This document shows positions 42,101-53,871 of a stretch of DNA of 64,000 nucleotides, in pieces. This stretch comes from Camelus ferus. Taxonomy: Eukaryota. The stretch spans positions 22,506,001-22,570,000 of the forward strand of contig NC_045708.1 of the NCBI RefSeq assembly GCF_009834535.1. Reading direction: 5' to 3'. The notes beneath the pieces are model-generated. The model saw only the letters and a list, made by a program, of their open reading frames with translations, made no database searches and was not told where the DNA came from. The first letter of the stretch is position 1. Each line of letters opens with the position of its first letter. The translations under genes were made by a program, and so were the position numbers.

Positions 42101-44798
42101 AGCACATGCTTAGCATTCATGAGGTCCTGGGTTCAATCCCTGGTACCTCAATTTTTTAAAAAAGCCTTCAGTGGCTCCCCACTGCCTTTAGGGTAAAATC
42201 TAAGTTCAGAATCACAGCATTCAAGACCTTTGCTCAGGCCCCCGTCACCGCTTTAGCCTCTCTACCTCCATCCATCTCTCACCCTCCACCTCACACTCGA
42301 CACTCCACCATACTGAAGGACTTGCAGTTCCACAAAAAGGACAAATGACTAGGCTCCCTGGTTCTATACACCTCAGTGCCTTCCACCTGGAATGTCCTGC
42401 CACCCTCTGGCTTACCCTTTCTCTCTTTCAGGTCTCAGCTAAAACATCCTATTTTCAGGGAAACTTTCTTTTGATGACCTAGTCTAAGAGAGTGGTGCCT
42501 CCTCTATGCTGCTACTGAGCACATAAATTCTAATCGCTCATTTACTGCTGATCTTCCAGCCATGTCTGGGCTGGCCACCATCTCAGTGCTCAGTCAATGT
42601 TTAATAAATAAATAAGTGGAGTTTTGTAATCTGGATAGGAGAGTATTTCACTCTCCTCAAAGCAGGATAACTCTCTCAGGACTTCCTCTTGGTACTGCCA
42701 TCACCTGAACACAGAGGGAATACATAACAACTGTGCCCGCAAACTTCTCAGGGCAGGGCTGGAAACAATGCAAGGTGTATGTGTGGTGAGGTTGTTCCTG
42801 GAAGACAAACTTCAGTTTCATTGTTAATGTAAAGAGGTGCTTTTTCTTTCCAGGCAGAGTTGGGATGTCTAGAGAGGAATGAGCTCTGTCACTAGGAGTG
42901 TGCAAGTGGGGATGCCCACCTGGCGACATGGCTACCAGGAAAGACCTAACAGTCCTCAAGATTCCTGCAAGACACCCCTTCCCCGCCCCCATGGCAGGAA
43001 AGAACCTAGGAGAAGATGGGAAGGTCCCTTACCTCTCCAGGGGCCGGTGCAGCCTTTTCCAGCCCGGGTAGGCGGCCTTAGCCTCTGTGCCGCCGCCAGT
43101 CATGCGGGCCTGTTTGGCGGTCTGGGCCGAGCGCGTATCCACAATGAAGCCCCGGGCCCCAGGGCGAGACCCTGCCAGCACAGCTCGCAGCAGGGCCTCG
43201 TCTTCAGCGCAACGCCGCTTCTGGGGCCCGATCAAGGGCTGGCTGGAACGTAGCAGCACCTGCGGACAGGGACTCAACTCCGGAAGCCGTACCCACCCAG
43301 CCCTGGTTCAGGGACTTCACTCAGAGGGTCTCTAAGCAGGGGCTGCAGACTGGAGCAGGGGCGCAGGAGCCCTACGAGTGTCGGACCTGGGTCTGGGCGG
43401 GTTGTGGCCGGAGTGGGGAGAGACCCGAAGGGTAGGCAGTGGGAGGCTTATGGGTTGACAAAAGGAGGGACGAGGCTTCGTGGGCTCAGACCAGCCGGAG
43501 GCGGGGCCAGAGATAGGCGAGATTCGGAAACCCGCAAGAGGGGCGGGGTCAGCGTGGTAAAGGCTGGATTGAGCGGGGGGGGGGGGGGGGGCCAGAATAG
43601 GGCAGGAGCCCCGGCCGCTGCAGGGCAGAGAATTGGCCCCGCCAGTATAGAAGAGCCAAGTAGGAACGCAGTTGGTTCTAGCGGCGGGATTGGGGAGGGC
43701 GGGGCTCACGGTTCGGCTGGGAGCATGGTGGTAGCTGAGCACTGGGAAGCGGCCTCCCTGGCGGAAGCGGGCGGTGAGAGCCAGGGCATCGTCATTAACA
43801 GCGCGAGGCACGATCACAGCGCGGGGGTAACTGGGGCACAAGCTGAAGTCCTCGTTCGCCTCGCTCAGCCGCCACGCGTTGGTCTGCGGCGTAGGAAGGG
43901 GCCAGGTCTAGGGCACCCACTGAGTGCGCCGTCCCCGCATCCCTTTCCGGCTAGGCGCTCCCAAATTCCCAGGCCCTCACGACCGCGCCCACCTCACGAG
44001 CTACTCGCTTGTAGTAGCGTTCGGGCGGATGGAAGTGCCAGGCGTCGCCCAATCTCAAGCCCTTGGGACGGTAGAAGAAAGGAAAGGAGGTGATGACCGA
44101 TTCCAGGGAGGACAGCGCCTGGGGAAGGAAGTCAAGGGGTCTAGGAAAGATCGGAATCCAACCCTTGGTTCCGCAGCTCCCGTCTCTCCACGTACTCCAG
44201 ACCACCCTGCATCCATCCCCTTGCCATTAGCTATGCTCAGAGATAGCACTGGGTGCTGAGTCCCCTTGAGTAGTAACCCCAATTTACTTCCCTCGTTACG
44301 GGATAGGGTAGCTTAAGTGATGCGGTACCTCAATGGAGCGGGCAATGTTCAGCGTCGCTTCCACGCCCTCTATGTCCAGCTGCAGGACTCGCAGGTCCTT
44401 ACAGCGCAGCGTGATGGTGCCACAGTCACCCGCTACCCTGGGGATGGACGGGCTTAGGCTTAGTGTCCCCTGCCCTCTACCAGGGGAGGAGAAGCGAGTT
44501 TCTTAGGATTGTATGTTATGAAGGGGGACACCAGATCCAACTGTACTTGCCCTTCCCCCTCTGCCGGCCGAGCCGCGCGCTCCCCCCCATGGGGATTCCC
44601 CGCCACGTCTCACCGCTTCTCGATGGAATCTACACTACGCAACAGCAGCAGCCACAGGTCCGGAGTCGCCTGGGGCCCTGGGGACAGCAGCAGGTGGTGG
44701 CCGGTGACACACAGCGTGCCGCGCAGCGGGGGTGCCTCCGGGCCCCGCAGGAGCTCGGCTTGAGCCTGACCCGTACGGATCAGCTCCGAGAACTCCAT
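39190..44798 (-). CDS. MTMR9LP: Myotubularin-related protein 9-like pseudophosphatase, intact 543 aa (positional ortholog of the human pseudogene MTMR9LP)
   Basis: Ten minus-strand GT-AG exons: 44798-44614, 44437-44329, 44118-43993, 43883-43710, 43259-43033, 41576-41415, 41236-41095, 41018-40798, 39548-39397, 39323-39190. Total 1632 nt, no stop or frameshift. MTMR9 motifs: MEFSELIRT, PFFYRP, CPSYP, RFPVLSY, HGAEGTDS, FLLFLDCVWQL, NPLY..N..ALWPSVEPQSL. Confidence 0.9.
42077..42163 (+). mobile_element. tRNA-derived SINE
   Basis: GGGTATACCTCAGTGGTAGAGC...GGGTTCAATCCC; TSD aaaagtcttc / aaaagccttc. Confidence 0.8.
42165..42615 (-). mobile_element. L2 3' fragment
   Basis: CCTTCAGTGGCTCCCCACTGCC..AAAATCTAAG..CCTGGAATGTCCT..GGTCTCAGCTAAA..CTCAGTCAATGTTT. 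Confidence 0.55.
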
Positions 44799-45814
44799 TC
44801 AGCTAGTGGTGGGCCTGGGGCCCAGCAGGACAGACTCCAGGAGCGTCAGGCGGGGTGAGAGCGGGCTCCGACAGGGACAGGAACTGGCTGGGCAGCTGGC
44901 GACGCCGGCAGGACAGCTGTTAAGGAGGCCCCTTGGAGGAAGGGACCGCAGTTTCACAGGAATTTTCCCCCTCCTATTGCCAGCACTTCTTAATTAGGAC
45001 CCCTGGGCTAGAACCTGTTAAGAAATCCTCAATTTAATCATCTGTGAAATGGGGAGAATTATCTTGTTAAAGCCCTTTCCCTGGTGCCTGGTCACAGGAA
45101 GCACTCATATTTTTATTTTGTTTAACCCTGGGGTGCTGGCACTCTTACTGCTTTAAAAAAATAAAGAAAAACACTATCTTTTCTCCTGTACCCGGGTAGA
45201 AGGGGTGGAAAGAGTGGGTGTGAAACTGGGAACTATCTGCGTCCTCCCACACATCTGAGGTTGGGTGGGGGAAATCCCTTGGTCCACCTTAAGTGCAAGC
45301 AGCTGTGTCGCTGGTGCCCCTCCCCCACCACAGCTGGAAGTCCCTGCCTGAGGGCGCCCTCTATGGGGGCCACTTCTGGTATAGTTGCCCTCCAGAGCCT
45401 CTTCCTTCATCACTCCATCCTTTGACCCAATATGAATTACTTTACACTGAGCTGGGCCCTGCATTGGGTGTTGGAACCCAAGGATGGCTGAGGAAGTTTC
45501 TGTTCAATTTTCAGTCTGGCCAGAGACATACTTAAGCTGGTAAATTATAAGAGTTTAAATCTATTTACTAGAAGACCCATCCATCCAAGTAGTCTTTTAT
45601 TTCTTAAACATCAATGCCTACACTGATTACTAAGAAGAAATATACTCCTGCCTTCAAAGAGCCTTCTGGTCTACTAGATTCCAGGCTTTTATGTGTGTGT
45701 GCGTGCACAACGCTTCTTTCAAATATTGAAATCATAAGTACCCCCATAATATAAACATAAAATTGGAACTGCTCTGTGAAAGGAACCAGACATAAAAGAG
45801 TTCAAATTGTAAAA

Positions 45815-46143
45815 TTCCAGACCTGCAGCATCAGCTGGGATGGGAATTTGTTAGAAATGCAAATTATAGGCCTGTCCCATACATACTGAATCCAAAGCTC
45901 TAGGAATGGAGCCCAGTAGTCCATTTTGGTTTTTGGGTTTTTTTTTTTTTTAACTTTTTTTATTGAGTTACAGTCATTTTACAATATTGTGTCAAAACCC
46001 AGTGTAAAGCACAATTTTTCAGTTATACATGAACATACGTATATTCATTGTCACATTTTTTTTCGCTGTGAGCTACCCCAGTAATCCATTTTAACAAGCT
46101 TTCTAGGTGATTCTGACCTAGGCTAAAGTTTGAGAATCACTGG
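45815..46143. mobile_element. MER5A-like hAT DNA transposon relic (split by the L1 fragment); boundaries approximate
   Basis: GCAGCATCAGCTGGGA..TTGTTAGAAATGCAAAT...TTTAACAAGC..CTAGGTGATTCTGA..AAAGTTTGAGAATCACTG. Confidence 0.6.
45928..46076 (-). mobile_element. 5'-truncated L1 3' end inserted in a MER5-like DNA transposon relic
   Basis: Poly-T then TTTTTTATTGAGTTACAGTC...; 16-bp TSD CCCAGTAGTCCATTTT / CCCAGTAATCCATTTT. Confidence 0.8.
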
Positions 46144-46144
46144 A

Positions 46145-46965
46145 AAATATACAAAAAGGCAAAACTAATCTATGCTGTCAGAAAGTAGGGTAGTATTACT
46201 GAAACCAGGTCCCCCTAAAACCTAGTTCCCTTACTAGGTTTATGGTTAATCTCTCTAACCAAAACTTTATTCCCTTTTTTGTCCCCTCTGACCTCAATCC
46301 TGTACTAATTGAACCCTCAACAACCAGAGTCAGGATGACTAAAATTGTTCTTGTCAATAACATCATTAACATACTAAAACTGCTATTCTAGATATCATCA
46401 TTAACATACAAACTCAAGTTGTTTCTCCAGGGCAAGATGAGCTAACAGCTCATCAGCCCCCAGCCATGGACCACCTGGCCAGATAATCATAAACCAGAGA
46501 CATCCTGACTCCTGAAACTACGATTAAGAAATGTCAGAAAAACGATTAAGAAATGTCACATAAACGTCACAAGATGGTGAGTAATCCCAGCCTCTTTGTT
46601 CTTCGTCTTTAAAAAAGAAACAAACAAACAAAAAACAACGCAAAGACCGAGTTGGACTGGATCTGAGGCTTGTCTCCCACTCCCACGCTTGGCCCCCTGC
46701 AATAAACCCTTACTTTACTGCAAACACCCTGTCAAAGCTTGGCTTTTTGGACTACAGGCACAGGAGTGAGCCCTTTGTGTGGTTACATTACATTAGGAGA
46801 GTTGTGATAGGCCAGAAGCACAAAAGGAGACTTCCTGGATGCTGGTAATACTCAGTTGCTTGATCTGGGTGCTGCTTACATAGGAGAATTCATCAAGCCA
46901 TGTATTTATGATACGTGAATTTTTCTGTGGGTGTGTTCTATTTCAATACGAGGTTTGAAAAAGGG
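46145..46965 (+). mobile_element. Old L1M 3' UTR fragment split by the LTR
   Basis: AGGCAAAACTAATCTATG.. left of the LTR; GATGCTGGTAATA..TTGATCTGGGTG..TTTTCTGT..TATTTCAATA right of it. Confidence 0.55.
46200..46787 (+). mobile_element. Solo ERV LTR (588 bp), probably class I/ERV1
   Basis: TG...CA ends with inverted repeats (TGAAACC / GGTTACA), perfect 4-bp TSD TTAC (46196-46199, 46788-46791), AATAAA at 46701-46706, internal direct repeats in U3. Confidence 0.85.
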
Positions 46966-47549
46966 AACTGCTCTGGTTGAAGCTCTGAGATGGGGAAGGG
47001 GGAGAGAGGTCTAGGAGCCTATCCACAGCTTTGCTCTTACCTTGCACACAGTCCTTGAAGGATTCCCAGGGAAACCTAAAGTTCTTTAGCTGTGTAGCTT
47101 GAAATCATTGATCTGTCCTAACAGAGAGCCAGTGACTTGTCCAAGGTCCCACAGAGCCAGTGCCAGAACCCAGTCTCCTGACTCCTGTGCCAGGGATCTG
47201 GACACTCTTTGCTGAAGAGCAAGAGCTAGGGTCATAAGTGAGGACAGGGGGCAGCTCTATCCTCTCCCAGCTCCCTTAACTTGAGTCTTGGGAAGAGGGC
47301 CAACACTCTGGTGTGAATGATGCTTTTCTTATCCTGGAGCAACTTCCTTTCTGGGAACTGGGTGTCTCCTTCTGGTCAAAGACAATAAAATTCATCCAAG
47401 GGGCCAGAGGAGCAGAGCTCCTCCTGCCCCCAACCCGGATGGGCATCACGTGGCCCCTGGGTCAGCAGTCCAGGAAAATCCCAGCCCTTGCATGCTTAGC
47501 CTCCCATACCCATCTACTTACCCACTCTGACACACTCAAACCTCCCTGA

Positions 47550-48773
<1,224 letters not shown>

Positions 48774-48997
48774 GGGGCACCCGCTACCCCAGCCCACCTG
48801 GGAAGAAGCCCACCTGGGAAGGAGGAAGGGAGGGGTGCCCAGAGGAGCCAGCACCTGGTGAGGGGTGGGGGAGGGGTGGGGCACACGCAGCTCTCTGGGA
48901 GCATAAAGCCCCAGCATCCTGTTGCCCTTGCTGCCCTAGATGGAGGGTAATGCGGCTAGGAGGAAGGGGAGGAGCTCACAGACTCCCAGGCTCCCCC

Positions 48998-49003
48998 AAT
49001 AAA
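48998..49003 (+). terminator. FAM167B: FAM167B polyA signal
   Basis: AATAAA ~225 nt after the stop codon. Confidence 0.7.
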
Positions 49004-50129
49004 CGCCCTGCTTCCCATCAAGGACTCTGCAGTCATTTATTCAGTCCAAAGGTCGCTGTATGTTGCATGTTGAAGGGACCAAGGATTCCACTGCAGGAGA
49101 GAATGCTGGCCTTGGGGAGGGAGATAGACTAATGGATCCCCAACTCTCCCACAGCGCCATCTCTCTCTCTTCACCTTACCAAGATCAGAACTGAAAAAGA
49201 ACTTAAAATCTAAATCACCCCTATGGAAGGAGACTTGGCTAAATGGGACAGCTGAAGAATGCAGGATCTGATAGACCTGGGTTCAATGCCGACATCACCA
49301 TTTGTTTCTATTGGATCTTGAGGGGCTCCCTTAACCCCTGCATCTGTTTCTTTACCTCTAAAATGAAAATGCTAATTCTCACTCCCCAGTAGTTTGATAT
49401 ATCTTAAGTGAGATAATGCACAGTAAGCCCTCAATAAATGTGAACTTTCTATTGAGTATGATTACTGTCCCCAGTGGTATTGTTGCTGTGGTGCTGAGGC
49501 CCAGAGATGGGCTGGGAGGTGCTCAGGTTCAGAGCAAGGGGAGCTGGGGCCCGCAGCTGGGACTCTGAGCTCTGTGTCATTCTGTAGGTTTTTTTTCAAA
49601 CTTTGTATTTCTCAGCTTTTGTTTCTGTGTTACCCTCTTTGTCTGACTTTCCAACTCAGGCTTCCTCTTCCCCCCACCCATTTCCTGTCTCCCCCTTCTC
49701 TCTGCAGCTGAGGTGAACACAGCATAGGCTTCCACCTCACAAACCCCAACAATGCTCTGTGGGCTCCCTTCCCCCAACCTGCTAACTTAGTGCAGGCTCA
49801 AGGGGTGGAAACACATGTATGTTTTCCTCTGGGTGGGGTCAAGGCCCAGTTCTTGTGCCTAATAGAGGCCACCTAGAGTTCCTCATAACAGTGGTGACCT
49901 GTCCCTCAGCCTACGATGGGTGCTACCCTCAGCAGGGTCCCAGGGGAAAGGGAGATTGTTGGCCTACTTGCTGCTTGTGTCAAGGTTCCTGCCTCCTGCC
50001 CATAACAGAAAGTGCTGCCAGTCTGCCGCCTGCACCTGGGTGCCTGGACGGGAGTGTTTGTTCTGTCTTCCACCTGTTGCAGGAGGTGGTGCCAGACCCT
50101 GTTCCTCTGACAGGGCTGTGGCCTGGCCT

Positions 50130-50600
50130 CTACCTGGGTTAGAAGGATTGCCCTTCTCTCCAACCATAATTAGTTGGTGCTGTCCTGCTCACTGCCTACA
50201 TCAGAGGCTCTTACTCTGCCCTCTTAAAGACACAGGGTTGTCCTGCCCGCTCCCTCAAACAGCCTGTCATCGGGCTTTCTGACTGTAAAAGGTGTTCTGT
50301 CTGTGAAAGGGATGTTAGCCTACCCTCTGCAAGTAATAAAACTATTATCCTGTGTCCTGAGATGACTTGGCTGGTGTTCAGCTGCCGAGACTGGCAACAT
50401 TGGTAGCCTGGTATCTGTCTGACTGTAACACGGTGTCTGCTCTCCAACAATTTCACAGGGATGTTGTCCTCTCCTCTGACTCTGTGGTGATGTTACTTCT
50501 GCCCTCCGACTGTAATGAAAGGGTCACTCATCTCTCAGACTGTGACTATGGTGGTGGTGCTACTTGCCTTTCACAGAAAGCTGAGTGCTTGTCTGTCTCC
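50130..50600. repeat. Degenerate ~30-nt tandem repeat array upstream of the LCK distal exon
   Basis: GACTG cores at 50281, 50389, 50421, 50478 (GACTC), 50508 and 50538; unit starts GGTG/GATGTT spaced ~30 nt. Confidence 0.55.
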
Positions 50601-50860
50601 TGTTCATTGGAGTTTAAAGGCTGCCCCTTGAATTTCTTGTCCAGGTGCACCCTGGAGAGCAGGAGGAAGGTTCCATCAAATACCCTCCCTTCACCTCCGA
50701 GTGCCACCCTCAGGGGGAGGAGGGCCTAGATTGGAGATGTATAGGATCCCCAAGGGCTGAGAGGCCAGGGGCTATAGCAGCAGGAAGCTTTGGGTGCTGG
50801 AGGCTTGTGGTTGGGCTGCTGGGGCCCGGTTGGCTGCGGAGCCCTCAGGAGGAGGCAGGA

Positions 50861-50994
50861 AGTCAGGGTGGGACGTGGGTGCGAGGAGACAGGCGGTGGC
50901 TACGACGCTGAGGGGAGCTGAAACTGTGTCTGGGCAGCCAGGCTAGGCCAGGAAGACCATGTGAATGGGGCCAGAGGGCTCCTGTGCTGGGCAG
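50861..50994 (+). promoter_or_regulatory. LCK: LCK distal promoter non-coding first exon (type II transcript); 5' boundary approximate
   Basis: Matches the human LCK type II 5' UTR as I recall it (AGTCAGGGTGGGACGTGGG...GACCATGTGAATGGGGCCAGAGGGCTCC...GGGCAG); strong donor CAG|GTAAGA at 50994/50995. Confidence 0.85.
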
Positions 50995-52991
50995 GTAAGA
51001 AATACTGGGAACAGGGACCAGGGGCTGCGGTAAGGGCCGAGAGTCTGCCTAGGGGGCCTGAGAGCAGAGGGCTGCAGCTGGGCATGGAGCCAGGCTCCCT
51101 GGGTATGCAGCAGCCCATCAGGCTGGGGGGACAGAATAACCTGGCTGGAGGTCAGGTGGGAGCAGGCAGAACATCCAGATTACCTTTTTTCCTGGGTACT
51201 TGTTCTCTCTCTTGTCTGCCACACTGCCCGCCATCAGTCCCCATCTCACTGGGAGCATTTTTCTTGGTGATCTGGACTGACAGGTACTGAAAAGGCCTTC
51301 AGAAATCCCTAAACCCAGTCCCTCACCCCGTGATGGATCAGCCTCCTGAGGCCCAGACTGGGCAAAGCACTCCCTCCCCACAGTCCCTGGGAGAGGTGAT
51401 GGCCTGGGGTATGATCCCTCATGGAGCCGGGTGATGGACAACCTTGAGTCAGGGGTCCCAAGTATCCTTCTGGTTGCTGGGGCAGACCCCGGTGACAAGA
51501 TCTCCTGAGGGACAGGGAGAGAGGAGAAACCCGGAGCATACGGATAGACACGTGAGAAGTGATTTTAGAATCAGTGACCAGCATTGCTTGAGAGAGGGAG
51601 GCATCTTCCGTTGGGAACGGATGGACATGTGAGGGGATATTTATCATCTGGGATGGGGCCTCCAGCATGGAAGTATCTGACAGGACTCTGGGAAGTTATG
51701 GGGGAGGTTGAGAGAATGATGGGTGAAGGGAAGAGGAAGGGCTGTTTTTATCCCGGACAGGGATGCAGTTGGCCCTGGGCAAGGACTTCCATCTGGAAAA
51801 TTGCCACTCCTGCCCCTGCCTTGTATCCACAGGATGTCCTCCCCTCTTCCCTTTGCTCCCTCCTGCTCCAGTCCCCCACCCCCCACTGCTGCTGCATGTG
51901 TAGGGCCAACATGTTCTGCTGATTCCTGCTTCAAACCCCAGGAAGGTAGAGGTCCAGGGAGGCCGAGTCACCTCCCTGTCCACCCCCTCACTTTCTAGCT
52001 CTCGGCCTGCAGTTTACGGGGTAAGTCCCCACCTGAGCCAGACTTTCCAGGTTTCCCCTGCCTCACCATCCACCACTGGAGTTTTTCTTGACACATAGTT
52101 TCCACCGAGTCAGCATGTCCCAGCCTTTCTTTTCTCCCCAGCTCCAAGGCCTACAGCCTCTTTCGGGGTCTGGGAAAACATGCTGACTCTCCCCACATGT
52201 CAAGAGGGCTCATCCAGACCCTGGATGGGCCTAAGCAGTCTCCTACATCCAACCTGTGCTGATAGATAATTCACTGTCCCTTGCCCTCGGGGCTCAGGGA
52301 CAGAGGTTCTTCTCAAAAGGAAAAAGTCCCAAGTGATAGGGCAAGAGAACAGGTGAGGGTTCAGAGGACGAGAAAAGGCTTCCTGGAAGAGTCAAGGCAG
52401 TTCTGAGAAGGACAAAGGCCTGTTTTGCAGAGTACCTAGGACATGAAACCAAGGTCACTGTCCCTGGGTTCTGTTCCTTGGGTACCATGAGGACAGAGAC
52501 CCCAACCGCAGAGCAAGACCAAACGCAAGAGAGCCGGGGGGTTTGGTGTAGTGCAAGGGATGTGCGTTTCGGAGTCCGACCAGGCACAATTCCGGTTCTG
52601 CCATTTCCTTGAACAAGTGGCTTCACCGCTCTGAACTCCAGTTTACTTATTGGTAAAGAGACAATAGTAAATCCCTCCCTTACAGAGTGCTTGTGGGGAA
52701 TCAAAGAGAAAATAATGGCTGCAGTGTGCCCTGGATAGTACCTGACACATAGTAGGTGCTTAATGGAGGTTAACACCCCACCTTCTCTTGCAAATTGTGC
52801 ACCAAGGGGTAGGGGGGCGCTGTCCACACCCAGAATTACTCCTACTCAGCACCTTGGCAGGCCAGTGAGCAGCCCATTCCCTCACACTTGTGGTGTGGCT
52901 TTGCAAATGAACTTGTTTCCTGTGTATAGTAGGTGTGAGAATTCTAGGCTGAGCCACAGGATCCACCTTAGACGAGGGTCCCATACACAGC

Positions 52992-52993
<2 letters not shown>

Positions 52994-53028
<35 letters not shown>

Positions 53029-53030
53029 AC
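52994..53030. repeat. (CA)n microsatellite
   Basis: ~15 uninterrupted CA units then TA(CA)n. Confidence 0.95.
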
Positions 53031-53773
53031 AACGGGCACCCTCCCTCTCTAGCCCAAACAACATTTATATCATCATTGGAAAATGTATGTGTGCATGTAC
53101 ATTCAGAGGCAGAAGCAGGGACTGCACATACATCACACACTGGATCCTACAAATCCATACACACACCCATGCTGATGGCTTCAAGACCAGGCTCAATTCA
53201 TTGAAAGCAATGCTGAGGGTAGCTGCGTACGTAGGTAGGATGGGGGCAGGTGGGACAAAGATACCATCCAGGGACTTGACCTCTACCAACAAAATACAGA
53301 CTTGCTTTTAAAGTCTCGTAAGTGGCATTTCCGATGTGTGTTTTAAAGAATGCTAGGCCCATGAGGCACCTGGAAAGGAAATGGTTCTGGGGACAAATTA
53401 ACATGGCCTCAGCTGCAGAGTGTCCCATATTTACTTCGTGATCAACGTTAGCTTATTGAAGCTCTGAGAGTCTCCCCAGAGAAAGTCTCCCTGTTTGATT
53501 GTTTCTAACCAGTTCAGTGTTTCCCAGACTTCTGTCATCACAGAATCTTTTCCCCTGTACCCCTGTCCCATGCCTGCACCTCTTGAGACAAGGAGAAGAG
53601 TGGAAGGGCAAGCTGTATGGTTGATCTTTCTCAGGTGATTTTATTTCTTGGTGGAGTTTCTGCGTTGGTGGTGGTTTTGTTGTTTTTTTTTTGTTTGTTT
53701 TTCAATTACAAAATTAGCATGTGGCTGTTTTTAAAAATTCAAACAGTACTGAGGCATTCAAAGAAATATAAGA

Positions 53774-53839
53774 GACACAGGAAACTAACACAACATTGTA
53801 AATCAACTATATTCAATTTAAAGAAAATTAAACTTTAAA

Positions 53840-53871
<32 letters not shown>

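Noticed and set aside
43404-44093. 229-aa plus-strand Gly/Arg/Ala-rich ORF
   Set aside because: Antisense to MTMR9-like exons 3-4 inside a CpG island, where stop codons are naturally scarce.
39190-44798. Calling the MTMR9-like locus a pseudogene by analogy with human
   Set aside because: No stop, frameshift or broken splice site in any of the ten exons.
50367-50729. 120-aa ORF with SDC repeats as a real protein-coding gene
   Set aside because: It starts at a non-ATG codon, and the peptide repeat follows automatically from the 30-nt DNA period. Kept only as part of the array finding.
53617-53838. Hydrophobic 73-aa ORF resembling a membrane micropeptide
   Set aside because: Made of T-rich low-complexity sequence running into an L1 tail.
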